Positions 1 to 8,800 of a DNA stretch of 64,000 bases are shown here, one piece after another. The stretch spans positions 20,061 to 84,060 of the forward strand of contig JAFGSS010000146.1 of the NCBI GenBank assembly GCA_016934555.1, given 5' to 3'. The DNA is from Acidobacteriota bacterium. GTDB lineage: Bacteria > Acidobacteriota > UBA6911. The notes under the pieces were generated by a model that was given only the letters and a program-made list of their open reading frames with translations, was not told the DNA's origin and made no database searches. Within the stretch, counting starts at the first letter, position 1. Every line of letters starts with the position of its first letter. Made by a program: the position numbers and the translations under genes.

Positions 1-464
1 TGTGGCCGGTTACGCGGATTACTGGGCGCCAGCCGGGGGGTGGTCTGGAGGTCGGGGGATGACCGGATCGACCGGCGGATGGCGGCCGTAAGCTCGGCGA
101 TGGAGCAGCATTTGCTCAAATAGGCCGCCGCGCCCGCCAGCAGCATCGCGGAGGCCTGCTCCTCCTCCTCGAACACCGACAGCCCGACGATGCGGATTCC
201 GGGCATCTCGGCGCGGATCCGGCGGGTGGCCTCGATGCCATCGATCCCCGGCATCCCCAGGTCCATGAGGACCACATCGGGCCTCAGCCGGCGCGCCGCT
301 TCCAGCGCGGCTTTGCCGTCTTCCGCCTCCCCCACGATCGCGATATCCGGCTCCTGGTTGAGGGAGGATGCGAGCCCCCGCCGCATGACCGGGTGGTCGT
401 CCACCACCAGTACCCGGATGGTGCGGCTGAGTGGAAACTTCCCCGGGGCATCGTCGAGGGCCAT
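1..464 (-). CDS. Response regulator, CheY-like receiver domain (partial; C-terminal part runs off the window start)
   Basis: Minus-strand frame from ATG at 464..462 translates to MALDDAPGKFPLSRTIRVLVVDDHPVMRRGLASSLNQEPDIAIVGEAEDGKAALEAARRLRPDVVLMDLGMPGIDGIEATRRIR... This is a classic REC domain with the phospho-acceptor Asp. There is no stop before position 1, so it is absent from the complete-ORF track. The listed ORF 19..591(-) is in a different frame. Confidence 0.7.
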   Translation of the reverse strand, partial: MALDDAPGKFPLSRTIRVLVVDDHPVMRRGLASSLNQEPDIAIVGEAEDGKAALEAARRLRPDVVLMDLGMPGIDGIEATRRIRAEMPGIRIVGLSVFEEEEQASAMLLAGAAAYLSKCCSIAELTAAIRRSIRSSPDLQTTPRLAPSNPRNRP

Positions 465-559
465 GCGTCACCTTCTTCCGGCGGGCGGGGAGCCACGGGC
501 GTCCGTTCCGACCGGGCTTTTGACTGCATTCTATCAGACGCCCCCGCCCCGGGTCATTT

Positions 560-1303
560 TTAATCTCCCGCCCCCGAGCGCCGTCGGACACGGTCCGGAC
601 GCTGATGCTGTCCGCCGCGGGCCTCTAGCGGGCGGAAATGGTCGCAGAGCTCCGTCAGGCTCCGGATCAGCAGATCACACCCGGAGGACTCGAGCTCCTC
701 TTCGGGCCGGAAGCCCCCCAGCACGCCGCAGGTGAACACTCCCGCCCGCTTCCCGGCCTCGATGTCCACCCGGCTGTCGCCCACCATGACCGATTCCGAG
801 GCGGGGACCCGGCACAGGCGCATGGCTTCCAGCAGCGGCCCGGGGTCGGGTTTCCGGTTGGGGGTGCTGTCCCCCCCCAGGATGGTGTCGAAGCGGCCGG
901 CCACCCCCAACCCCTCGAGGATGCGCCTGCAGAAATCCGCGGGTTTGTTCGACACCAGGGCGTATCGAGCCCAGTCGAGCCGCTCGAGGGCTTCCGCGGC
1001 GCCCGCGCACAGGTGCGTGCGGTCCAGGAGGTGGCGGCCGTATTCCTCCCGGAACAGTTCCACGCCGCGCACGGTCTCCTCCGGGAGAGGATCGCGCCCG
1101 GCCGATTCGGCGAAGGCCCGTTCGACGAGGGCCTGCACCCCGTCCCCGACGAAGCTTCCGATCCGCGCGGCGGGGATCGCGGGCAGGCGCAGGCGGCCCA
1201 GCGTGAGGTCGAGCGACCGGACGATATCCTCCTGGGAATCGATCAGGGTTCCGTCGAGATCGAACAGGAAGAGACGGCAGGTACGGGTTTCCCGCGGCGG
1301 CAT
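560..1303 (-). CDS. HAD-superfamily hydrolase (phosphoglycolate phosphatase-like)
   Basis: It has the N-terminal LFLFDLDGTLIDS motif (HAD motif I), then SNKP, then a later GDSxxD motif. It is 247 aa. Confidence 0.8.
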   Translation of the reverse strand: MPPRETRTCRLFLFDLDGTLIDSQEDIVRSLDLTLGRLRLPAIPAARIGSFVGDGVQALVERAFAESAGRDPLPEETVRGVELFREEYGRHLLDRTHLCAGAAEALERLDWARYALVSNKPADFCRRILEGLGVAGRFDTILGGDSTPNRKPDPGPLLEAMRLCRVPASESVMVGDSRVDIEAGKRAGVFTCGVLGGFRPEEELESSGCDLLIRSLTELCDHFRPLEARGGQHQRPDRVRRRSGAGD

Positions 1304-1831
1304 CTAGCGGCTTCCGATCATGGACAGCGCGTGGCCGAGTTCGGGCAGGATGATCGATTCCATCGCCAGCTGGCAGGCCCGGGGGCTCCCGGGCAGGCAG
1401 AAGAGGATCTTTCCCCCGATGGTGCCGGCCAGGGCGCGGGAAAGAATGGCCGCGCTCTTCACCTGCGGGTAGCTGAGGAACATGAAGAGGGCGTTGAAGC
1501 CTGGGAGTTCCTTGTCGAGCATGTCCCTGACCGCCTCGATCGTGACGTCGCTCGGAGCGAGCCCCGTCCCGCCCGTGGTGATGATGGCCTGGATCTTCCC
1601 GTTCCGGACCAGGGCGCGCACGGCCGCCCGCAGCCGCCGGCGATCGTCGGGGAGGACCTTGCGCACGGTCACCTCGTGGCCGTGGCTTTCGAGAAGCTCC
1701 TGGATCACGTCCCCGGACCTGTCGCTGGCCAGGGTGCGTGAGGAGGAGAGGGTGAGGACCCCGACTCCGGCGCGGACGTCGGCGTGGGCCTTGTGTTCCG
1801 CCGCTGAATCCGGCAGCTTTCGTTTCGTCAT
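1304..1831 (-). CDS. Molybdenum cofactor biosynthesis protein MoaB/MogA family
   Basis: The GKIQAIITTGGTGLAPSDVTIEAV...ILFCLPGSP motifs match the MogA/MoaB fold. Start was moved to the internal ATG (MTKRKLP) at 1831..1829. Its stop abuts the HAD gene start. Confidence 0.8.
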   Translation of the reverse strand: MTKRKLPDSAAEHKAHADVRAGVGVLTLSSSRTLASDRSGDVIQELLESHGHEVTVRKVLPDDRRRLRAAVRALVRNGKIQAIITTGGTGLAPSDVTIEAVRDMLDKELPGFNALFMFLSYPQVKSAAILSRALAGTIGGKILFCLPGSPRACQLAMESIILPELGHALSMIGSR

Positions 1832-1884
1832 GGCTCCGCACTCCCTCCTGTAAAGGAGCCATGATGCCATGCCCCGGCCCGTTT

Positions 1885-2376
1885 TTAAAGCGGGATCGCG
1901 CCGGTGCAGAACCTGCGGAGTACGGGCTCGAAATCGGAACCGGTAAGGATCCTGCGGGAGATGTCCTCGACGCGGCGCTCCTCGGCTTCATCGCACGGGG
2001 GGAGGGCGTCCGCGCCCTCCCCCAGGATGCTGCTCAGCCGGACCATGTGGACGATTTCATGGGTCAGGATATAAACAAAAAAGGGGTAGAGGCGGTCGGT
2101 GAGCCGTTCCCGCCTGGCCGCGGCCAGGATGCCGGGGTCGTTGAGCTCGATGCGGTAAAAATCGAAAAGGCGGTCGCGGTGCGCCTGCTGCACCGGGCGG
2201 ACTCTCGCCAGCGCCGGGTCCGGAAGGGGTTCCCACTCGGTGTCCTTCTGGGTCAGGAGATCGTAGCGGAGCTGTTCCCAGCGGAAGGGGGGGATGCGGT
2301 AATACTCCATCGTGCGTTCTTCCGCGTCGTTCAGGGCCTCGACCAGCAGGCTTCTCTGTGGATGCGAAAACGGCAT
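1885..2376 (-). CDS. Hypothetical small protein with HExxH motif (putative zinc-peptidase-like)
   Basis: 163-aa ORF containing FVYILTHEIVHMVR. Its composition is protein-like, unlike the + strand mirror ORF 1861..2526. Start is uncertain; an alternative ATG lies at 2310. Confidence 0.5.
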   Translation of the reverse strand: MPFSHPQRSLLVEALNDAEERTMEYYRIPPFRWEQLRYDLLTQKDTEWEPLPDPALARVRPVQQAHRDRLFDFYRIELNDPGILAAARRERLTDRLYPFFVYILTHEIVHMVRLSSILGEGADALPPCDEAEERRVEDISRRILTGSDFEPVLRRFCTGAIPL

Positions 2377-2392
2377 GGCCCCCCCAAAAAGG

Positions 2393-2701
2393 TCAGACCT
2401 TGCTTTCGGAAACCGTGCTCCCGGCCCCCGCCGTGGACCCGGATTCCGCGGGTTTGGACGGACTCGCGCTTGAGTTCGACGTTTCCGTCCCCGACGGGGA
2501 GGAGGAACGCTTGGCGTAGTCGGTGAGGTACCATCCGCTCCCCTTGAGCTGGAAGCTCGAATGGCTGATCAACTTCTCTACCCTGGCTTTGCAGAACCGG
2601 CATTCGGTGAGCGGCTCGTCGGACACCTTCTGGAAAGCCTCGAAAATTTCGCCGCATTTGGTGCACTGGTACTCGTAGATAGGCACGGCTCCAACCTCCA
2701 T
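2393..2701 (-). CDS. FmdB-family zinc-ribbon protein with Ser-rich C-terminal tail
   Basis: MEVGAVPIYEYQCTKCGEIFEAFQKVSDEPLTECRFCKA shows the CxxC...CxxC FmdB signature. The first ATG is at 2701; the track begins at an upstream TTG. Confidence 0.75.
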   Translation of the reverse strand: MEVGAVPIYEYQCTKCGEIFEAFQKVSDEPLTECRFCKARVEKLISHSSFQLKGSGWYLTDYAKRSSSPSGTETSNSSASPSKPAESGSTAGAGSTVSESKV

Positions 2702-2794
2702 ACATTGCTTTGATTGCCGTTGCAAAGATAATATCGAAAAGCCGCGGAGTCAAACGCCGGGGAAAGATTCTGCCCCCCGCCTCGGACCGGCGGG

Positions 2795-5044
2795 TCAGGC
2801 CTCGTGCCCGAAAATCTCGGTGCGGAAGAAGCGGACCAGGGCCTCCTTGCGGCGGCGGTCCCCGGCGTGCAGGGGGATCAGGCTCCTGGGAGGCCACCGG
2901 AGCAGCGTCATTTCGTATTCCATCGTGAGCCCCCTGCCGGTAAGGTACCAGCAGAAGAGCAGCCCGAACAGCAGCCCCGGGGGGATGAATCCGCCGTCCT
3001 CGTTGATCGTGATGCCGAAGACCCCCGGATCGGCCTGGTCGGGGACCATGCGGGCCAGACGGAGGTAGGCCCTCAGCCCGTCATCGGAGAGGAAACTCCG
3101 CCTCTCGCCGGGGGGGCTGAGGACGATTTCGTAGCGGCGGGAGCCGTTCTGCCGGATCCAGCGGCGCTGGCGGACATAGCTCCCCAGCAGCGACTCGCCG
3201 AGCGCCACCAGGAGGTCGTCCCTGAGCCTGGAGGGATGGGATTGAAGATCCTCGTGCAGGTAGAGAAATCGGTCCTCCGGGCTGAAATATCCCAGCACGT
3301 TGTCCCAGTCGGTGCTCCGGTCCCAGTGGGCTGCGGGCCGGAGGCGCACCCCCCGGAAGAACTCCAGGTGGCGGCTCCGGATGTCGCGGTTGTCCCACGC
3401 GACCTTCATGAACAGGTCGCGCAGCCAGGCCGGCCTGAAGACCTTGCCGTCCAGGGCGGTCCGTATGGAATCGAGATGGCGGCAGAGGAGGGGGGCCCGG
3501 CCGCCGGCCGCCTGGGGCTCCCGTCCCTCCTCCTTCCGGCGGGGGGGCTCCCCGCTGCGGAGGTTCCACGCCGCCCCCCTTCCGGGATGGTGGTCGGTGT
3601 AGAGCAGGGTGCGGATGGCCAGGGCGAACCTGCCCGGGTCGTGATGAATAGCGAGCGTTGTCTCGGGCCGGTTCGGGGAGAAGAGTGTGGCTTCGACCGG
3701 GTGGACGCCCATGGCCTCCACCGCGCCGCGGTCGAGGTGGATGGGGCTCTTGCCCTCGAGCGCGTAATTGCGCAGGATGTTTCCCGGGATATGCTCCAGG
3801 TTGGCGCTCAGCACGACGTCGAACAGTCCCCGGATCCCCTGCGGCACATTCCGGTCATAGGCTTCGACCAGTTCCGAGACGAGGAACCCGCGCGCCTGGT
3901 TCTTGAGCGAAATGTCCGTTTCCCCCTCCTGGACCCAGGAGTTGGCCGCGAGAATTTTCAGGGCGCCGCGGTTGGCGCGGATGGCGGCGGTGATCGGCTC
4001 CAGCTGGAGGATGGGGATGATGCTGGTGTACAGGCTTCCGGGCGCGAGGAGGATCAGGTCCGCCTCCCGGATCGCCCTCGTCACCGCGGCGCCGACTACG
4101 GGCCGGCTGGTGAACAGGGCCGTCACCCTGTCCACCGGCGTGTCCCGGCGGGCGGATGCCGACTTGCTCTGCCCGTAGACCGCCACCCCGTTGGCATAGC
4201 GGAACTCCAGCTGCCCCGGCGTCGAGGTGGCCGGAAGGATACGACCGGTCGGGGCCCCGATCAGGGAGGCGATATGGTCGATGCCCCCCTGGATCTCTCC
4301 CAGCCCCGGCGGCCGGTCGATTCGTCCCCGCGCCGCCCGGAATATGGCGGCCGCGAGCAGCAGGTTTCCCAGGGCGTGGCCGGCCGGGCGGATGCCCAGG
4401 CCCGGCGTCGGCGCACAGGCGTAGGCGCCCAGCTCTGTCAGCGCCCCGGCAAGGCTTTCGGGGCACAACGGGCGCATGGCCCGGGGGAGGACGAGCAGGG
4501 GGTCGGCCGCCTGCCGGCGGTTTCGGGGATGCTCGTCGAATCGGTGATTGAACAGGCGGTGAACCAGCCGGACCAGCTCGAGCGCCCTGTCCCCGGAAAG
4601 CGCGTATGTGCGCTCGAGATTCCGGGGAAGGATATAGGAAAGCAGCAGCTTCCGGATATCGCCCACGCCGATCATGGGCAGCGACTGCAGCAGCCGTCCG
4701 GTCGATCCGCCGTCGTCGGTCGTGCAGACGATGGCGGTAAGATGCGGGAAGAACCGCTTCAGTCCCGCAAACGGATCGTCGGGCCAGCCCGGCGTCTGGG
4801 AGTTGCCCCCCACGATCGTGGACAGGCCCGTTCCCCCTCCCAGGACCGCGACCCGCGCATGCCGCGGGTCGAAGCGGAGTACCTCCTCCGCCTGCTTGTG
4901 CATCTCCTCGGCAGGCGTATCGGAGCCCTGCCCGGTCAGGAGGAATTCCACCAGGTTCTCGACCGGTGTCCGCGACCCGTCCGGGGGCCAGAATACCGCC
5001 CGGGGCCAGTCCGAAAAGAGATCTTTGTCTGCCACGCGACGCAT
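2795..5044 (-). CDS. YvcK/CofD-family (UPF0052, gluconeogenesis-factor-like) protein with long C-terminal extension
   Basis: VAVLGGGTGLSTIVGG ... LTAIVCTTDDGGSTGRL are the diagnostic UPF0052/YvcK motifs. Total length is 749 aa against a typical 320-450 aa. The C-terminal ~300 aa has no recognisable family. Confidence 0.8.
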   Translation of the reverse strand: MRRVADKDLFSDWPRAVFWPPDGSRTPVENLVEFLLTGQGSDTPAEEMHKQAEEVLRFDPRHARVAVLGGGTGLSTIVGGNSQTPGWPDDPFAGLKRFFPHLTAIVCTTDDGGSTGRLLQSLPMIGVGDIRKLLLSYILPRNLERTYALSGDRALELVRLVHRLFNHRFDEHPRNRRQAADPLLVLPRAMRPLCPESLAGALTELGAYACAPTPGLGIRPAGHALGNLLLAAAIFRAARGRIDRPPGLGEIQGGIDHIASLIGAPTGRILPATSTPGQLEFRYANGVAVYGQSKSASARRDTPVDRVTALFTSRPVVGAAVTRAIREADLILLAPGSLYTSIIPILQLEPITAAIRANRGALKILAANSWVQEGETDISLKNQARGFLVSELVEAYDRNVPQGIRGLFDVVLSANLEHIPGNILRNYALEGKSPIHLDRGAVEAMGVHPVEATLFSPNRPETTLAIHHDPGRFALAIRTLLYTDHHPGRGAAWNLRSGEPPRRKEEGREPQAAGGRAPLLCRHLDSIRTALDGKVFRPAWLRDLFMKVAWDNRDIRSRHLEFFRGVRLRPAAHWDRSTDWDNVLGYFSPEDRFLYLHEDLQSHPSRLRDDLLVALGESLLGSYVRQRRWIRQNGSRRYEIVLSPPGERRSFLSDDGLRAYLRLARMVPDQADPGVFGITINEDGGFIPPGLLFGLLFCWYLTGRGLTMEYEMTLLRWPPRSLIPLHAGDRRRKEALVRFFRTEIFGHEA

Positions 5045-5064
5045 GTCCGCTAAAAGTCGGGAGG

Positions 5065-5757
5065 TTACAGGATTCCCTGTTTGAAGGCGAAAGAGACGGC
5101 CTGCGCCTTGCTGTGCAGGTCGAGTTTCACCAGGATGTTCTGTATGTGATTTCTGGCCGTGTAATGGCTGATATCGAGCTTTCGGGCCAGCGCCTTGGTG
5201 GAAAGACCCTCGGCAAGCAGGGTCAGTACCTCGAATTCACGCGCCGACAGCGCCGCGAAGGCGGGCCGGCCTGCCTGCCTTGGAGGCTGGATGCCGCATC
5301 CTTCCGCCGGTCCGGCACAGGACGCGGCCGCGTTCGATCCGGAGGATTTCAGTTCCGCGAGAAAGCGGTCGAGGGCGAACTCCATCCTCCTGTCCCGGGT
5401 CACGTCGCGCAGGATGTGCGTGACCAGGGGGGACTCGGAACCGGTGCTCGACAGGAGGGTGACATTGATCCAGACCGGGCGGCCGGAGCTGTGGACGGCC
5501 TCGAGGTCGAAATTCCCCCGGGGCGTTCCTTCGACCCCGCTCCGGTGAACCGCGCAATCCTGGCCGCAGGGCCCCCCCCTGCCGGGCGCTTTCCCGGAAA
5601 TTACCTGGTAACAGCTCCGGTGGAGGGTGTCCGATTCGGGGATGCCCAGGATCTTTTCCGCCCCCTGGTTCCAGCGGACGACGCGCTTGTGGGCGTCGGT
5701 GATGAAGACCCCGTCGGCCGTGTTGCAGAGAATATCCAGATAGTCGCTCTGGCGCAT
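5065..5757 (-). CDS. PAS-domain / LuxR-type HTH transcriptional regulator
   Basis: Start was moved to ATG at 5757 (MRQSDYLDILCNTADGVFITDAHKRVVRWNQGAEKILG, PAS-like). The C-terminal LSAREFEVLTLLAEGLSTKALARKLDISHYTARNHIQNILVKLDL is a LuxR/GerE helix-turn-helix. The track's upstream 94 aa are low-complexity. Confidence 0.75.
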   Translation of the reverse strand: MRQSDYLDILCNTADGVFITDAHKRVVRWNQGAEKILGIPESDTLHRSCYQVISGKAPGRGGPCGQDCAVHRSGVEGTPRGNFDLEAVHSSGRPVWINVTLLSSTGSESPLVTHILRDVTRDRRMEFALDRFLAELKSSGSNAAASCAGPAEGCGIQPPRQAGRPAFAALSAREFEVLTLLAEGLSTKALARKLDISHYTARNHIQNILVKLDLHSKAQAVSFAFKQGIL

Positions 5758-5824
5758 GCCGCCATGCCCCCCGGCTGTGCTTCCATGCTCCCTGATCCCG
5801 GGCGCCGAGGCGCCCCGGGATTTT

Positions 5825-8800
5825 TCAGTGGATTCCACGGAATTTGGACTGAAGAATGGCGATCTTCTCCTGAAGGGTGGGTGCCGGCCCGTCGGAAGCC
5901 GGATCCTCGTTCCGGTCGGGCGCAGGGGTGTTCTCCGGCTTCCGGGAACCCTCCGGTTTTCGGGGGCCCCGTCTGCGGCCGGAGGCTTCCCGCGAACGGC
6001 CGGCCCCGGGCCGGTCCGGGCGGGAGGCGTTCCGGGCATCCGGACCGGTCCCGCCGCCGTTCTGCGCTTCTCGGGGCGTCGGGGGCGTCTTCCGCACGCG
6101 GCGCTGCGGCTTCTGACGTCGGCGGCCTCCTCCCAGGAGCGCCTTCATGGACAGCCCTATTCTCTGGGTTTCCATCTCGACCGAAAGGACCTTCACCTGC
6201 ACGATGTCGCCCACTTTCACCGCCTCGCGCGGATCGCGGATGAACCGGTTGGACATCTGGCTCAGGTGCACCAGCCCGTCCTGGCGGACCCCGATGTCCA
6301 CGAAGGCTCCGAAATTGGTGACATTGGTGACCGTCCCTTCCAACGTCATGCCCGGTTCAAGGTCCGACATCTGCCTGACGTCGGACCGGAACTTGGGAAC
6401 CCGGAACGCCTTTCTGGGATCCCGTCCGGGGTGCAGGAGCTCTTCCCGGATGTCGTCGAGGGTGGGGAGCCCGATTTCGTCGGTCACGAAATCATCGAGC
6501 TTCAGCGAGGTCACTTTTTCCCGGTTCTCCAGGAGTTCCCGGACCTCCCCGCCCTGGGCCGCGGCCATCTTTTCGACCACCGGATAGGCCTCGGGGTGAA
6601 TCGCGGTGCGGTCCAGCGGATGGTCCCCGTCCGGGATGCGCAGGAAACCGGCTGCCTGCCGGTAGCTGGCGTCATCCAGCCCGATTGCGGTTTTGAGCCC
6701 TTCGCGCGATCTGAAAAAATCCTGGGAGTTGCGGAAGCCCACGATCTTGCGGGCGAGCTTGTCATTGAGACCCGACACGTAGCGCAGGAGCGATTCCCTG
6801 GCCGTATTCGGGTTGACGCCCACGCTGTTGACGCAGTACTGGACCGTCTGTATCAACCCGCGGTGCAGCTCCTTCTGATCCACGTCATGCTGGTACTGTC
6901 CGACACCGATGAGCTTCGGGTCGATTTTCACCAGTTCGGCGAGCGGGTCCTGCAGTCTCCGTGCGAGACTCATGGCGCAGCGCAGCGACGCGCCGGAATC
7001 GGGCAGCTCCTCACGGGCGATGCGGGACGATGCGTAGATGGCTATGCCGGCGTCGTTGACGCTGGCGATCATGATATCGTTCGAGCCCGTCTCTGTAACG
7101 ATCTGTCGCAGGAGGTTTTCCAGTTCACGCGCCCCGGTTCCGGTCCCGAACGCCACCGCCCGCACCTTGTGCCGGGCGATAAGGTCCCGGAGGACGGTTC
7201 CGGCATCCCCAGCCGGCGCTACCGCCTCGGGCGCTGCCGCTTCGGGCGCTGCCGCTTCGGGCGCTGCCGCCTCAGGCGCTGCCGCCTCAGGCGCTGCCGC
7301 CTCAGGCGCTGCCGCCTCAGGCGCTGCCGCTTCGGGTGCTGTTGCCTCGGGCGCTGCAGCTTCGGGTGCCGTCGCCTCGGGCGCTGCAGCTTCGGGTGCC
7401 GTCGCCTCGGGCGCTGCGGCTTCGGGTGCCGTCGCCTCGGGCGCTGCAGCTTCGGGTGCCGTCGCCTCGGGCGCTGCGGCTTCGGGTGCCGTCGCCTCGG
7501 GTGCTACGGCTTCGGGTGCCGTCGCCTCGGGCGCTACGGCTTCGGGTGCCGTCGCCTCGGGCGCTGCAGCCTCGGGCGATACAGCCTCAGAAGCCGTTGC
7601 CTCGGGGGGAGCAGGTTCGGGCACTGCCGCATCAGGGACCGCTGTTTCCGTGTCGGCCCCGGCGTCGGCTGCCGGCGGGCATGGGACTTCATCCCGCCCT
7701 GACGAGATTTCAAGCTTGTCGAGCGCGGGGGCGTCACCCAGCACCGCACCGATCGGTCCGGCAAGCGATTCGGCTCGGGGAGCGGTGGGGGGCGCGGGGG
7801 AAGTCCCGGACCCGGGGGTGAACCGGACCCTGGCCCCTTCCAGAAACCTGCCTGTTTCATCGATCACGGCCACGCTGCATTCGTTTCCCTTGCCCCAATC
7901 CACCCCCATGGCGACGATCGGACCGGCCGGGGGAGACAAGAGCAGGTTGGCCAGGTTTTCCTGGAATATCCTGATGGCTTCCCGGTCGGCGCGTTCCTTG
8001 AGCTGGCTCCGGACTTCCGACTCGATCATCGGCCGCAGGATGCGGTTGTAGCTTTCACGGACGGCCGCCTCGATCACCGGGGTGAACAGGGACTCCCGGT
8101 CCCTGATGTGGGCCGACGCCAGGTATTCGATGGCCTTGGCGTTGTCCCCCTCGATGGAGGAGATGAGCACCCCCTCCTTGCACCCCCTGCGGATGGCCAG
8201 AACCCTGTGAGACGGGATCGTGGTGACAGGCTCCCTGCGGTCGTAGTACATCGCGTACTTGGTCTTCTGCCCGGCCTTGGCGGGGACCACGGAGGATGCC
8301 AGCAGGCCCTCGCTCCAGAGCATCTCGCGCAGTTTTTTGCGATGCTCGAAGTTTTCCGCCACGTATTCCGCGAGGATATCCACGACCCCTTCGAGCGCCT
8401 GCTCGCGGTTGAGGATGCCCTTGGAGGGATCGACAAAAACGTCGATGTGCTCCTCCGCGCTCCAGGCGTCGAGCTCCTGGTTCCAGAAGTATTCGGCCAG
8501 GGGCTGGAGCCCCTTTTCGATCGCTTCCATGGCGCGCGTCTTCTTCCGGGAGCGGAACTGGTGCTCGAGATCGGCCAGTTCGGCCCTGGAAAAGGAGCTT
8601 TCGATCTGCGTCCTGAGTTCCTCGGTCAGCCGTCCCTGTTCGGAAAGGGTCTTCGTCAGGGACGACCGCTGATCGAGCACCCCCCGGTAGTGGGCCATGC
8701 GGTCCTGGATGGCCCGGACTTTCGTTTCATCCATCCCCGCGGTGGCTTCTTTGCGGTAGCGGACGATGAAGGGACCGGTGAACCCGGTTTTCAGAAGGGT

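Noticed and set aside
19-735. ORF-track ORFs 19..591(-), 190..735(+) and 284..529(-) at the window start.
   Set aside because: None is in the frame that encodes the obvious receiver domain. Their translations are low-complexity Arg/Gly/Pro.
2804-5053. 749-aa plus-strand ORF exactly mirroring the 749-aa minus-strand YvcK-like gene. Similar long antisense ORFs were seen elsewhere (10016..12733-, 12618..16157-, 13202..16417+, 29166..30308+, 30562..31932+, 37588..40314+, 40343..42889+, 53640..54686+).
   Set aside because: At ~70 % GC the antisense frames of real genes are nearly stop-free. These translations are Arg/Gly/Pro/Ala-rich with no motifs. The opposite-strand product in every case has clear family signatures.
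5797-5825. GC-rich hairpin CCCGGG-n11-CCCGGG followed by TTTTT, immediately downstream of the tex stop.
   Set aside because: The U-run follows the hairpin only on the plus strand. That is antisense to both neighbouring genes, so it is not a canonical intrinsic terminator for tex. It could still damp antisense transcription or act as a factor-dependent pause site. It was not annotated.
5756-8051. Plus-strand ORFs across the tex repeat (5756..7702+ RCRFGRCRLRRC..., 7038..8051+ ASGAAASG..., 7336..7821+ LQLRVPSPRA...), and the possibility of a CRISPR array at 7215..7640.
   Set aside because: They are artefacts of reading the 15-nt tandem repeat in other frames. The repeat has no unique spacers; it is contiguous direct repeats inside a conserved Tex coding frame. 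It is therefore not CRISPR.
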